Shown: positions 48,905-62,278 of the stretch, in pieces | How the letters are laid out: the number at the start of each line of letters is the position of its first letter | How positions within the stretch are numbered: position 1 is the stretch's first letter | Assembly (NCBI RefSeq): GCF_963921235.1 | Contig: NC_086108.1 | Span: 79,052,001 to 79,116,000, forward strand | DNA: 64,000 nucleotides | Reading direction: 5' to 3' | Source of the DNA: Mobula hypostoma | Taxonomy: Eukaryota | The notes under the pieces: generated by a model | The model's database searches: none | What the model saw: only the letters and a program-made list of their open reading frames with translations | Told to the model about the DNA's origin: nothing | Position numbers and translations under genes: made by a program

Positions 48905-49430
48905 ATTAGGGTTACCCCACTATGGGAAGAATGTTGAGCCTTTGGAGAGGGTGCAGAAGAGGTTTACCAGGATACTGCCTGGTTTAGAGGGCATGTGCTA
49001 TCATGAGAGGCTGGATAAACTTGGATTGTTTCCTCTGGAGAGTTGGAGGCTGAGGGGAGATCTGACAGAAGTTTATAAAATTATGAAAGGCATATTGTAG
49101 ATACAGTAGACAGGGAGTATCTGTTTCACAGTATTGAAATGTCTAATACCAAAGGGGATGCAAGGGATAGATTCAAAGGAGATGTGAGAGGCAAGTTTTT
49201 TCACTCAAAGAGTCGTGGATGCCTGGAATGCACTGTTTGGTATGGTGGTAGAGGCAAAGACATTAAAGGCTTTGAAGAGACATTTCTATAGGCACATGGA
49301 TGTAAGAGAAGGATGTGGACATTGTGTAGGTTTGTGGGATTAGTGTTTGGGTATTTTTGATTTGCTTTTTAGTTGGTTCGGTGCAACATTGTGGGCCAAA
49401 TAGTCTGTTTCATGCTGTACTCTTTGTTCT
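48905..49430 (+). mobile_element. CR1 3' fragment
   Basis: LERVQKRFTRILPGL...RLRGDLTEVYKIMKG. Confidence 0.88.
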
Positions 49431-49531
49431 AGAAAGTTGTGTAAAAAAACGATCTCTTTGGAATAATGAAGTGAGAGTAGGGGAGGGAAAGACGAGTCCA
49501 GTGGCTGGTGGGGCAGAACCTTATACTTGTA

Positions 49532-49932
49532 CTAGACAACGGGGTGACCCGTTGGGGCACCCTTTGAGAGAAGGGTAGTGCAGTCTGATGTGACCAGAAT
49601 GAACATTAAATTTTCCTGAATGCTATTGGTTTCGCTTTGCTTTGGAAACTGAAGTAGAAAACCTCAGTTTATTAAAGAAGAACGACGTGTAGCAAAGCAA
49701 ATATAACTGCTCCTCGTTTAACGAAGGACACTTTTGATGGCATCATTTCTGGTTTATCTGCCACCCTTGTGCCTCTCGTTGTCATTCTGGAGATGTGCAG
49801 TCCTTTCATCCCCCGCCTCTTCATCTCTTCTGCGTTTGTTGTTTGTCTCTGATCCTGGAGACGTGCATGCCTCTCCTCCTCTGTCTCTTCTTCTCTCATC
49901 TTTTTTTGTCTTGACTCTTTGACCCTGGAGTC
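49532..49932 (-). mobile_element. Probable Helitron 3' portion
   Basis: Minus strand EETEEERHARLQDQR repeat-type peptide, subterminal hairpin gggtgccccaacgggtcaccc, CTAG|T end. Confidence 0.6.
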
Positions 49933-50125
49933 GTGGAGTTTACAAAGAATGGTGCCAAAAATAAAAGGAAATCCAACGAGTGGCTGTTCCATGAGCGAAA
50001 ACGTCGTGTTAAATCCACTCACTGGATCTTTTTTGTTTTTTGGCACCACTCTTTGTGAACCCTAGAGTCTGTTGTGCGTAAAAATCCCAGGAGATCAGCA
50101 GTTTCTGAGAGACTCAAATCACCCT
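49933..50125. mobile_element. Fold-back of a Tc1-like transposase fragment
   Basis: gtttacaaagaatggtgccaaaaa...atcca inverted against tggatc...tttttggcaccactctttgtgaac; VYKEWCQK-type peptide. Confidence 0.55.
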
Positions 50126-50189
50126 GGGCATCACCTAATTAATTAGCTTGTTTATTTCGGCTTTTTTCTTACAGAGGCGCCGGACGAGT

Positions 50190-52040
50190 TCCAGAGCGCT
50201 CTGGCTATGACTGCACCCCTGTTTGTCAAGTTCATCAACTTTGCCTACAACCTCCACCCTGCCCTTAAATTCACTTGGTCCATTTCTAACACCTCCGTCT
50301 CCTTTCTTGCTCTTTTTCCATCTCTGGATACAAACTGTTGACCGACATCTTTTATTAACGTACCAATTCCCGTGACTGTCTTGACTGTACCTCTTCCCAC
50401 TGTCTCCTGTAAAAATATTATTCCTTTTTCTTAGTTCCTTTGTCTCCACCACATAGGTTCCCGGAATGAGAATTTCCTTTCTAGGACAACAGAGATGTTC
50501 TCCTTCAAAGAGCAGGTTTTCCCTTCCTCCATCATTGTCGCTGCCCTCAACCACATCTCCTCCATTTCCTGGACATCGGCACTCACCCTAACTTCCTGCG
50601 GCCTTAACCAGGAAAGAGTTCCACTTGTCTTACCATACCATGAGCCTCTGCATCCAACACATCATTCTCTGTGACTTCTGCCAGCTTCAATTGCATCTTA
50701 CCACCAAACACATTTTTGACCTCCCCTCCCCCCCCCCACTCTGCACTTTCCTCGGGGATCGCTCCCTCTGTGGTTCCTTTGTCCATTCATCCCTCCTCTC
50801 TAATCTCCTGTCACTTATCCCTGTAAGTGGCCAAAGTGCTACACCTGTCCATTAACCTCCTCCCTCACCTCCATTCAGGGCCCAAAGCAGTCTTTCCAGG
50901 TGAGGTAACATTATTATATTCGCTGCCTCCGAAGTGGCCTCGACATTGGTGAGGCCTGCTGTAAATTGGGGGACCGCTTTGTTGAGCTCCACCGGTCCAT
51001 CCATCAAAGCAGAATTTCCTGGTGGCCAAACATTTTCATATTCATAGTCATAGTCATACTTTATTGATCCTGGGGGAAATTGGTTTTCATTGCAGTTGCA
51101 CCATAAATAATAAATAGTAATAGAACAATAAATAGTTAAATAGTAATATGTAAATTATGCCAATAAATTATGAAATAAGTCCAGGACCAACCTATTGGCT
51201 CAGGGTGTCTGACCCTCCAAGGGAGGAGTTGTAAAGTTTGATGGCCACAGGCAGGAATGACTTCCTATGACATTCTGTGCTGCATCTCAGTGGAATGAGT
51301 CTCTGGCTGAATGTAATCCTGTGCCTACCCAGTACATTATGTAGTGGATGGGAGACATTGACCAAGATGGCATGCAATTTAGACAGCATCCTCTTTTCAG
51401 ACACCACCGTCAGAGAGTCCAGTTCCATCCCTACAACATCACTGGCCTTACGAATCAGTTTGTTGATTCTGTTGGTGTCCGCTACCCTCAGCCTGCTGCC
51501 CCAGCACACAACAGCAAACATGATAGCACTGGCCACCACAGACTCGTAGAACATCCTCAGCATCTTGTATCCATTCCAGTTCCAACATGTCGGTCAATGG
51601 CCTCCTCTTGTGCCACAATGAGGCCACTCTCGGGGTGCAGGAGCAACACCTTATATTCCATATAGGTGGCTTTCAGTCTGATTGCATGAACATTGATTTC
51701 TCCTTCCAGTGAAGTTTTTTTTTCCATTCCCCCATCCCTCTCCTAATCTCCACTCCAGCCTCTCGTCTCCTCTCACTTGCCTATCACCTCCCTCTGCTGC
51801 CCCTCTTCCCTTTCTCACATGGTTCACTCTCATCAGATTCCTTCCTCTCCAGCCCTTGAACTATCCCACCCACCTGGCTTCACTTATCACCTAGCTATCC
51901 TGCTTCCCCTCCCCGACCTTTTTATTCTGGCATCTTTCCCCCTTCCTTTCCAGTCTCAGTCCGAAACGTCGACTGTTTATTCATTTCCATAGATGCTTCC
52001 TGACCTGCTGAGTTCCTCCAGCATTTTGTGTGTGTTGCTC
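50190..52040 (+). mobile_element. Older Penelope element (RT C-part, GIY-YIG remnants, pLTR), interrupted at 51037-51563
   Basis: FINFAYNLHPALKFTWSIS; homologous to 21249-22530; hammerhead partly deleted (ccgaaacgtcgact at 51961). Confidence 0.85.
51037..51563 (-). mobile_element. Young Rex1/Babar 3' fragment
   Basis: MFYESVVASAIMFAVVCWG...SHPLH...RKSFLPVAIKLYN; aataaa plus (atgact)n tail. Confidence 0.9.
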
Positions 52041-52883
52041 ACCCACCTTTTCTTTTCTCCTATTCTTCTGAAGAATGTAAAGCAACCAGAATATTTAGCC
52101 CCCACTTTTCATTACTTGCTTGTATAAAGCCATCAGATTAAACATATTTATTCATTTATTTGTATTTTATTATCCTAAATATGCCTCAAAATGTCTTTAC
52201 AATTTTTCTCCAATACAATGCACGCTATAGTTATTTATGATCCCAGGGCATGCCCAGTCTCAAGGGATTGCATAATCTCCAATGAAAGTACTATTGTTAC
52301 GGCTGCATTTATGAGCCTGGTACTCGAAGGAGCTAAATTCATGGAATTAACCATTGTGAACCCTTTTTGTTAGATACCAGTTGATTTTGATTCTGATAGT
52401 TGAATTAGCCATTATGTGTAACAAAACTGTTTTGTACCACTGTGTTGCAGTCATGAAAATTTGGAAAGGACTGTCACTTTGAATGTTGACGTTTGATGTA
52501 AGCAATTGTGAGCTGTTTTATGTAGTTTCCATGTAAATATGTGCATTTGAAGTAGTAAGCTTATTTACAAAATGATTCCATGGTCAAATATATTTAGTTA
52601 ATTTCCAATTGTAGTTACTCAAAAGATGTCCAGTTAAAAAGTGCAAATTGATGAAAAGCAAGTCAGAACTTGAATAAAGGTAGAGGAGACTCGATTTTGC
52701 TTGTTCTGTTGGTACCAAAGTTTGTTCCTCGTGTACAGGAATGGGTAATTACTACAAGGTAGAAGTGAAAAATGGGAGTATAGTGGCACAATTCAAATTA
52801 TAGAAAACTCCAGTAAGATTTAAGAGGATATCATTAAAGTCTACACAGTGAGCATGTAAATGGGAATTGAAATTCAATATGGG

Positions 52884-53521
52884 TGTAACGCTCAGCTATA
52901 TTGGCTGGTATATATTCAGGGAAAATCCCGTCCGGCGCCTGCCTGAACACTTCTAGTTGTCTCGGTTGCTGTACCACTGCCACCAAAATCAGTTTCAAAC
53001 ATCAATTATCAGCCAGCACACCCAGTACGTTTTACCAAGTACACTTTATAGATATCACTAAGTCTATGAAATTAATATAAATTCAATACAGAAAAAGGGA
53101 ATGGAAAAGGCACCAGACTTATCAAAGTTCAAGTTCTTCGTGCACACGTTGGAGCTCAGGAATTCCTTTGGGACCACCCTGACCCTGTCGACTCGCGGCT
53201 CGGGACCACCTGGAGTGGCCGACCGGCGCCTTCCCGCGCGTCCGTCGTCCTCCTGGTGTCTCCTCCGACTCCCCGCCAAAAGCCCCTGGTTCCCAGTCAT
53301 ATGAGGCAGCATTATCACCCCAAGAAAGAATAACATGGACACCCATTGTCTAATAGTACCTCTGCTATCTGTATTAACCCAAGCAAATTTCTAGCTGGAG
53401 ACTTTCTCAGCATTTAACATAACATAGAAGCCATTTTAATCCACATACGCAGCAGTATAAAAGATTAATATAACAAAGAAGCCATTTTAAGCTTAACATA
53501 ACAAAGAAGAAACCCTGTACA
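52884..53521. mobile_element. Solo LTR (638 bp)
   Basis: tgtaac...gtaca ends with 4-bp TSD tggg (52880-52883, 53522-53525), inserted in an old CR1 remnant. Confidence 0.8.
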
Positions 53522-54760
53522 TGGGTAAATGTAATTTGTGTATTTTGGTATTAGTAATTGAAGGAGTGAGTCTCCGTGCAGTGGAGCAACTAAAAGATCT
53601 CTGACTGCAAGTATATTGTATAATCGACCAGAAGTTGCACCACTGCTAAGTGAGGCCATTTGTAGTGTGGGAGGTGAGAAAACAAGTCAAGCTTTGGGGT
53701 ATATTTCTAGGGAGACTGCTTTGAAAATTAGGACAATTATTCAGAATCTTTATTGCACCTTGGTTATGTAATTGTTGCTATCACAAAAGTTGCCTGACTA
53801 GCTGAGTTCCTCCCAGCAGATTTTATCTTTTTTCTCCAGATTCCTGCGCCTCTTGTGTTTGCCTTCATATAAAATGTAATGAGGTACTGAAGAGGATGCA
53901 GAGAAGATTTACAAGGATAATTCCAGAGATACAGGAGTATATCTATCAGGAAAGGATGAACAGACTTTTGTTTTCTCATTCTGACCTAATAGAGATCTTT
54001 ATAATGATCAATATAGGATGGCCACATAGAATCAGAGGATTCAAAGGAAATCTCTATCATTAAGAATGGTTTGGATGTAGAATTTGCTGACATGAGGTGA
54101 ATAGAATAGATGAATTTAGGAATAAATGAATAAACAGATTGGACTGAAAGGAATGGAGGGTTATACTGAAGAGATTAGGGAGGATGTGTGAGTGAGGTAC
54201 AAGTGTCAATGCAGACATGCTGAACTGAATGGATTGTTTCTGTGCAACTTGTAGATAACAAATGCTTTTTTTTCATCCCAATTTGAAAGCAGACTTGTGT
54301 GGGCAGAGGGTAACTTGTTTACATTTTGTCTCCTGAGCAACATAACTTTCATCAGACCCTGAAAATGTTCAACTGATCATAATGTCTCCAAGCAATCTTA
54401 GATGTTCGCATTATCTAAACTATTTTACTCAGGTGCTGTGGGCGATAGATTATCTACCTCAGAATGTTGGGCCTTAAATATGCTGCTCCAGAATAAAAAG
54501 GCATAGGTTTTGTCATTTTTCTAACTTGTCATCTTGCTTGTGCAGTACCCTAATAATGAGGGATTATAAAAAAGGCTTGCGGAGCTCCTAATGGCCAATT
54601 TTGGAACATTTAAATTGTTTTGTCTGTATTGTCTTCTAAAAGGAATTAATTACAAAATAGAAAATAAAAATAGTCCGGCACTTGACTGTTAAGTCAATTT
54701 TAGTGTCATATTTTAATGTTTTGTTTTCCAGAACTTCTGAATAAGGCTTTTGTGATATCC

Positions 54761-54818
54761 ATGGCTTCCACCTGGGAGAAGATAAGAGATTTTTATGACT
54801 GGGCTGTAGAAAATGGAG
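54761..54818 (+). CDS. elovl8: Elovl8-like fatty acid elongase, first coding exon (exon begins 54732)
   Basis: ttccag acceptor; MASTWEKIRDFYDWAVENG; G|GTAAGT phase 1. Confidence 0.88.
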
Positions 54819-55363
54819 GTAAGTATAACAGCATAGCAACGTGATCTTGAGAATCTAATTTGTTCTAGTTTTTAAAAGGTACAAGTTGGAGTGGTTTACA
54901 GAATAATTCGGGGATAAAAATGGGTTGTTGATTTTACAGTTTGTGTACTTTTTCGGCATCAGCAATGGTTCCAGTCTTAGCAGATGGACCTGGGTTATTT
55001 TTGTTCCAAGGAGTGGTTCAGAAGAAAGGTCACTGATACTCTTAAGGGAAAATTGCTGAAATATTTCAAATGGGAGCTTAGAGAGAGAGGCTGAAGGAGT
55101 TTTAATTTCAATTCTTGCAAATATTTATCCTATTTGCAGAAAGGTTCACTTTCACCTTACCGACTTGAAATTCTCATTGGGCTCATGCCAGGCTCAAGGA
55201 CGTCCTGGAGTAGGTACAGAGCATTATTAAAGTGGAGGGCAATCCATATTTTTTGTGTATGCTAGTTGAGGATAAATGAGTTTCAATATTTTGAAGTTTT
55301 AAAATCTGTTTGTGAATTGAATTATTTTTATCTCTAATTATCTATCTTTAAAATCCATTTCAG

Positions 55364-55551
55364 ATAAGAGGACTGACCCTTGGTTTCTGGTTTATTCACC
55401 CATTCCTGTTTTTGTGACCTTCATTATCTACCTTCTAATCTGCAAGTATGGACCAAAGTACATGCTGAATCGAGAACCATTCAATCTGAAATATGTTCTC
55501 ATCGTTTACAATTTTGCTCTTGTCGCGATTTCAGCTTACATTTTCTGGGAG
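55364..55551 (+). CDS. elovl8: Elovl8-like coding exon 2 (188 nt)
   Basis: DKRTDPWFLVYSPIPV...GPKYMLNREPFNLKYVLIVYNFALVAISAYIFWE; AG/GT ends, phases match. Confidence 0.93.
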
Positions 55552-56440
55552 GTATACATGTTTCTTTTGAACTATAATAAACCATGTTTTGCTTTTTATT
55601 TGAGCTATATGCTTGCTCAGTTCTATTGATTTAAATAGTTTTGTGGGCAAATCAGGCTGGTCCACTATCATTATCTCTGGAATGTGGGCTTCATTCTGAC
55701 TGAAGGAATAAAGTCAAAGTTCTGTCTCTGATTGCATAAAAGAGCTTCCACAACAAAAAAAACTACCTGTTTAATGAGAGTATCAATGAAAAATGATAAA
55801 AATGGTGGTGTTTGCTCTTCCCTATTTTGTTGCAGGAATGTTGTACACAACACTAATTTTTTTTTAAGTAAAATAATTGTCTTAATCTCATGATATATTA
55901 AATATCCTTTACACTCTCACATGAGATATGACTACTTACTGACCGGACCAGTACATATTGCCTTCAGGAAGATCTGCCTCTGTAGTCCTCATGCTAAAGA
56001 TATCTGTGATATAGTTTGGTGGTGAGTCCCAGAACTTTGATCCAGTGATAATGAAGAACAATGAAATATACTTCCATATTTGATATGCAGGCAGTGGTAT
56101 TCCCATGTGCTTGCTGTTTTTATTCTTGCTATTGACGCCGATGTTCCAAATATGAATGTGTAGTATATCTACTGCAACAGATGATCAAAGGCAATTTTCT
56201 GAACCCTAAGTAGCCAGAAATCCCATTCCGAGCCATCAGTATCTGTATGTAAAATACAAGGAAGTTACTTTCCCTGCTCCTGTTCATCATTAGGATGACA
56301 TTCTCTTCAAGATTTTTGACTAATGTGAACTGTATCTCTTTATGTCAACTACTTTGTCATTTGATTCTATTTCACTACTTTCTGTGTACAATTGTACCAA
56401 TTATGTACCTTGGTAATCTGGAAAAAAATCTGCATTCTAG

Positions 56441-56521
56441 TTTCTAGTGACATCCATTCGTGCAAACTACAGCTATCTTTGTGAACCTGTGGATTACAGC
56501 AACAGTGAACTTGGATTACGG
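56441..56521 (+). CDS. elovl8: Elovl8-like coding exon 3 (81 nt)
   Basis: FLVTSIRANYSYLCEPVDYSNSELGLR; ttctag / GTAAG. Confidence 0.94.
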
Positions 56522-56685
56522 GTAAGAAGCAAAACCCAAATGGGTGGGTTGTTATGTAGCATTAAATTTTGACTTGTGGGTTAGGGAAGTACTTTTCATT
56601 TATTCCATAGCATATCTATGAGTCTGTTTCTGAAAAGAAATGAGAACTCTTTGGCGTTCTGATTTGTTCTCTCTAGTTAATTTCA

Positions 56686-57362
56686 TTGCTGATTAAAAGT
56701 TTACAGGTTGAGTTGGTGGTGAGGAAGGCAAATGCAATGTTAGTATTCATTCTGAGAGGATTAGGATATAAAAGCAAGGATGTAATGTTGAGGCTTTATA
56801 AGGCGCCGGTGATGCCTCACTTGGGGTATTGTGAGCAGTTTTGGGCTCCTTACCTGAGAAGAAATGTGCTAACATTGGAGACAATTCAAAGGAGGTTCAC
56901 AAAAATGACTCTGGGATTGAAAGACTTATCATATGAGGAGCATTTGATGGCTGTCAGGACCTGTACTCACTGGAGTTCAGAAGAATGGGGGAGGGGGCTG
57001 GAATCTCATTGAAACCTGTCAAGTGTTGAAAGTCCTCAATTGAGTAGGTGTTTCCTACGATGAGGGAGTCGAGGACCAGAGGACTCAGTCTCAGAGTAGA
57101 GGAGCATCTATTTAGAAAGGAGATGGGGAATTTCTTCAGTCGGAGACTAGTGGAAATCATTGCCTCAGGCGGCTGTGGAGGCTAAATCATTGGGTAAATT
57201 TAAGGCAGAGGTTGATAGATTCTTGATTTGTCCAGGCATGAAGGGATACGGGGACAAGGCAGGAGATTGGGGCTGAGGGGGAAATGGATCAGCCATGATG
57301 AACTGGCGGAGCAGACTCCATGAGCCAAATGGCCTAATTCTGCTCCTATATCTTACGGTCTT
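56686..57362 (+). mobile_element. CR1 3' fragment (intronic)
   Basis: KANAMLVFI...YCEQFWAPYL; CR1 tail. Confidence 0.9.
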
Positions 57363-58059
57363 ATTTAAAAAGAATCCTTTCCATTTCAAAGTTTAAAATG
57401 GGAAGAAAAGTGAGTAAGACCAAAAATTGTGGTGACAATATTTCCATTTGCAAACTCGGCTACGGATTTGGATCTCTAACAGGAGATTTATTTTGCAATA
57501 TAGTAGTGTAATTGGCTTCTATAACATTTGCAGTTGGGACCAGATGTACTTGAACCTTCTGAATGTTTGTTTTGTTAACAGTAAATAAATAAAAACCTGG
57601 GTTGGATCTAATTGTTTTATTTCATGACATAAAATACGTGGAGAAATAAGGATGATTGTGATTGCTCAGTTCAAAAATACTTAGTGTAATTTTGCATATA
57701 AAGTGCAGACAATGCTAGTTACACTTTGGCAGGTTGTGCTTCTTGGGCAGAATGACCTCTACGTTCATGTTCTTTTTCCCTTGGACAAGCCCACAGTTGT
57801 TTCAGTCCTCTTGCACCACTTTGTAATCACTTTTGGCTTTGATTCACTGACCTTCATTTGAAAATTCCCTCTAACTCTATTGCAAAATCTGGCCTCTCTT
57901 GCTTTTCCATTCATGGGTTGATAAATTGGACATCCCAACATAAGGTCATGTATCAGTGTATACATATCTACTGTTTGCATAATGCCTTAACATTATTTTT
58001 CACTTCAACATTAATATTCAGTGTTGTTTAAAATTCCTGGGTGCTGTTTATTTAGAAGT

Positions 58060-58270
58060 TCGGCACAGCCATGACCCTTCCGGCCCCACAGCCCCATGCC
58101 ACCCAGTTACACCCATGTGAGCATTTAAGTACTGACCCGCGTGTCTTTGGAATGTGGGAGAAAACCAAAGCACTGAGAGGAAAAGCATGCCGTCATGGGG
58201 AGAATGTACAAACTTATTACAGGCAGCAGCGGAATTGAACCCGGCTGTCTGGTGCTGTTAGCTGCTACAC
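58060..58270 (-). mobile_element. tRNA-derived SINE (V-SINE/HE1-like)
   Basis: Minus strand B-box ggttcaattcc followed by tgtacattctccccatgac...tcccacattccaaagac. Confidence 0.7.
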
Positions 58271-59184
58271 TTCCATGTTGCTGTGGACATGATATTGTAG
58301 CTGGACCTAGCTGAATCAATCTAAACATTTGCTACGTAATTCTAAAACATAAATATTTGAATTGTATTGATGTAAGGTTGTCCATGGATACAGGGTATAT
58401 TAGCATTGGCATTGAAGAAGTTGGGTGCTTCGCCAGCAGAAGAGTCTGCAGACCAGTGTTTGAAGTTCTGCATTAGCGTCCATTGTAAATATGCCATTTT
58501 CTGTACCCTCCTGTGCTGCATGAGTGACCTTCCCTTTTTGTTCCAGCTAAACTCGGCCTTTAACTAGATGTCATTGTTGCTTGTGTGTTCATGTTGGGGA
58601 GTTTTGCATTTGAGGAACTTTTCTTTTGCAATCAATTTTAATAGCATTACTGGAACCTTCCAAGACAAATTTTGTTAATTTTAATGTATTATTGCCTGGT
58701 GTCCAAGATGCCCTTGATTTGAAAGCCTAGACAATATATGGAACTGTAACACTGAAAGTCTGATCAATGCATTCTTATTTGAAAATTATATGCACAGTAT
58801 ACGTTAAAAAGGGTCATAACATTATAGGTAGCATTTTGTCCAACATTGTAACTGCAGTTTGAGAGCTATCTTAAGACAAAACTAGTTCAGAGCTCAAAGT
58901 AAAATTCATTATCTAAGTATATATATGTCACCACATATAACCCTGAGATTCTTTTTCCTGGGAGCATACTCAGCAAATCTTTTGAACAGTAACTCTAAAC
59001 AATGAACAATAAACTCTGCAAATGCAGATATAAATAAATAGCAATAAATAACAAGTATGAAATAACAAGATAAGAGTCCTTAAATGAGTGTAGCTATCCC
59101 ATTTTGTTCAAGAGCCTGATAGTTCAGGGGTAGTATCTGCTCTTGAACTTGATGGTGTGAGTCCTGAGGCACTTGTGCCCTCTA

Positions 59185-59820
59185 CCACAGTGCTGGGCTC
59201 GCAACTGTTCATGAAATATACACTTAATGATTTGGAAGAGGGGACTGAGTGTGGCTTATCTTGCTGATGACTCTTAAATTGAATGGAAAAGCAAATTGTG
59301 CGGATGATATGGAGAGCCTGCAGAGAGATATAGATTGATTTAATGAGTGGACAGGCGTCCAGCAGATAGGATATAATGCTGGTAAGTGCAAGGTCATCGA
59401 ATTCGGAAGGAGTAAATGGAAGATCAGATTATTATTTAAATAGTGAAAGATTACACCCTGCATTTGTCTGGAGAGACTTTGTAGCACGTGTGGATGCAAA
59501 AGGTTGGTTTGTAGGTGCAACAGGTAATCAAGCAAACATATGGAATGTTGGACTTCACTGGGGAAATAGACTTAGGATGGAGATGAAGAGCAACTATTTT
59601 TCCCAGAGAGTAGTGAATCTATGGCGATCTCTGCCCAGGAAGCAGTAGATGCTACTGCATTGAATACATTTAAGGCAGAGATATTTGCAAAACACTGCAA
59701 TGAAGTGTTTTGGAGAAAAAGCAGGTAGGTGGAACAGAGTCCACGACCAGATCAGGCATCATCTTATTGAATGGTGGAACAGGCTCAACAGGCCAAATGG
59801 CCGACTCCTGCTCCAATTTC
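59185..59820 (+). mobile_element. Degraded, internally deleted CR1
   Basis: SVLGSQLF, LADDSKL, FSQRVVNLW remnants and 3' UTR. Confidence 0.75.
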
Positions 59821-60387
59821 TTTTTTTTCAGTTATGCTTCTTACGAAGAATCCACTGAAACTTCCACTTTTACTGAAATTTCAAAATAGACTATGTTAGA
59901 TTAGATTTTGCAGAAATGTCAGCATGTATGTGAAACAAACCCAGACATCCCAAATTTGTCGGAGGCTGATCGATGGAAATCCCACCTGATGAAGAAGATT
60001 GTGTATTGTTGGCATATTGATGATTTAGAAGTTTGATTGTTTTGGAAACTAAATAAGGTACAGTAAGGATTTCGTAATTTTTTTGATTTTAAAAACAAAG
60101 GAAGATTGAAATTAAATTATGTTGGACAACGTATGCAGCTAAGCCGAACAATTGTGAATGAAGCTTAATGTTACTAATAAAATTGCACTAAGCTCTGAAG
60201 AAGAAATGTATAATGTATTTTGCAAATGCAATCAATCAGGTGATAAATCAATGTTTTAGGCAGTTCCATCAGATTTATTGGACTCTGCGTCAACCTTTTG
60301 TTTTCCACCAATTCCAGTGAAGATGCTTTACAATTTGTTTTTGTTTTGCTTTAAAGTTTGTAGCTTTTTTATTCTCTCTCCTAATAG

Positions 60388-60444
60388 ATGGCAAAAGTGT
60401 GCTGGTGGTTTTTCTTCTCCAAAGTCATTGAATTGATGGATACA
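60388..60444 (+). CDS. elovl8: Elovl8-like coding exon 4 (57 nt)
   Basis: MAKVCWWFFFSKVIELMDT (KxxExxDT motif); taatag / GTAAGT. Confidence 0.94.
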
Positions 60445-62163
60445 GTAAGTAAATATCTTCATTTTAGAAGGTAATTTCAGTTATGTTAGTAGTGTTGGAG
60501 GATTATAAGGGCAACATTGACTCATTCTCGGTATGAGATTTTCAACAAAAAAATGTATCAATTGTTTTCAATGAGCTTCTTTAGTGTTAACTTTTTTTTT
60601 GGAAATAACCTCCTAAACTTTAAGTGGTAGTGGTTGCAAGTCTGATGTAACAGGAAGTGAAAATAAAGCCATGTGCAAATTTGTGTTCTTAAATGTATGA
60701 TGAAGATTTGAATATTGTTCATTAGAATAATAACATTCCAATCCTGGAATAAATTTCCTTCTAAGTGCATTAGAGGAGGGGACTATTTTTAGCTTTCAAC
60801 TCTGACCAACACTGACTAACTTCTGACTAGGGTCTGTTTGGTAAATTCTAGACTGAAAGTCAGAAAATTCCAGAAGTTTTATTTTCATTTTATAAGCTCA
60901 TGTGCCACTTAGAGGTAAAGTCCATCCCCATTTCCTTGATGGATTGGAAATAAATGGAAACAACAGAAATTCTCTGTATCCTGGTCAATATTCTTCCTTA
61001 AAAGAATACCACAAGAGGTTGATGAGCCAGTCATTGAACTGATTAATGTTTGTGGAGATTGTGTGCAAAGAAAATCTTTCAATTACATGACTCTGCTCTG
61101 AGATATTGCTGAAGGAAGTGATGAGCTACCGTTTTAGTACAGGTTTTATTATCCCTTTGATGTAGAATAGAGGGTGATCATTTCAAGTATAGTTGTTGAA
61201 TATGCTCCAAAAATAATTACTTTATTTCTAACTTTTGTTGAAATTGAAAAAACGAAACAATGAAACTCTAGATGAGTATCATGTACATTGAATATTGTTA
61301 TGGCTTGGATAATTGCCAATTTGGGATTAGATTACTAAATCGGGTTAGTATCAATTAGTTAGAATATCTGTTCAAAATAGTGATGAATTATTAGCATTTG
61401 AACTATGGTACTTGGCTATTGAACAGGAGAACAAATGAGTAGCTTTCTACTTAGTAGCTTTTTATGGGGATCCTTATAAAAATTGAAGCATCTCAATATG
61501 TGTTTGCATGCTCATTTTCTAGAGTCTAACATCATGTTATTCAAATTCATCTTTCTGCATCGGCTTATCCATAGAATTAAATGAGCGTTGCAAGCATAAT
61601 TTTCAGTGGCCTTGCTGCTAAGTTATTTTGACGTTCATCTCCATGGAATCCCACACAAGATGAGACTAAATGCAATCCTATTAGAAATTTAATCTCCCAG
61701 TGAGAAACATAATTTTCATGGCTTCAAAATGGGATTCAAATGAAAATTGGTACTAATATCAGAGATTTTGCACTTTCATCCAGGCCAGTATTCTTAGTGG
61801 CACTCAGTAATAGACAAGTCTGCTGATATCAGAGATAACTAGAGTATTGTATTTTGTGTATGTCAAATATAATGAACATCATAGCTACAGAGATTAACCA
61901 AGCTGATATATGCACCAGAACAGAGCTTTGTTCCAATTAAGATGAAAGTGAACAATCCAAATTTTATAAAGTAGTCTCCTGCTCTGAATTCTCAGCCTTT
62001 TTGATTACTGCCAGATGACAAGAGATGAGATTCACATAGTCTTGGTCACTGAGACATATTTCTGTTTTTTATTTAATTTGATAAGATTTCCACGTGGCAC
62101 ATGCAAATCGTGATTTTTTGTTTTGTTCCTGTCTGCTAACTTCATCTTGTTTCATTTTGGCAG

Positions 62164-62278
62164 GTATTTTTTATTCTGAGGAAAAAGCACAATCAAGTTA
62201 CATTTCTTCACATCTACCACCACGGCACGATGATTTTCAATTGGTGGGCAGGAGTGAAATACGTACCAGGGGGACAGT
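62164..62278 (+). CDS. elovl8: Elovl8-like coding exon 5 (115 nt), contains the histidine box
   Basis: [38 protein letters not shown]; ggcag / GTAAGT; gene continues beyond the window. Confidence 0.95.
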
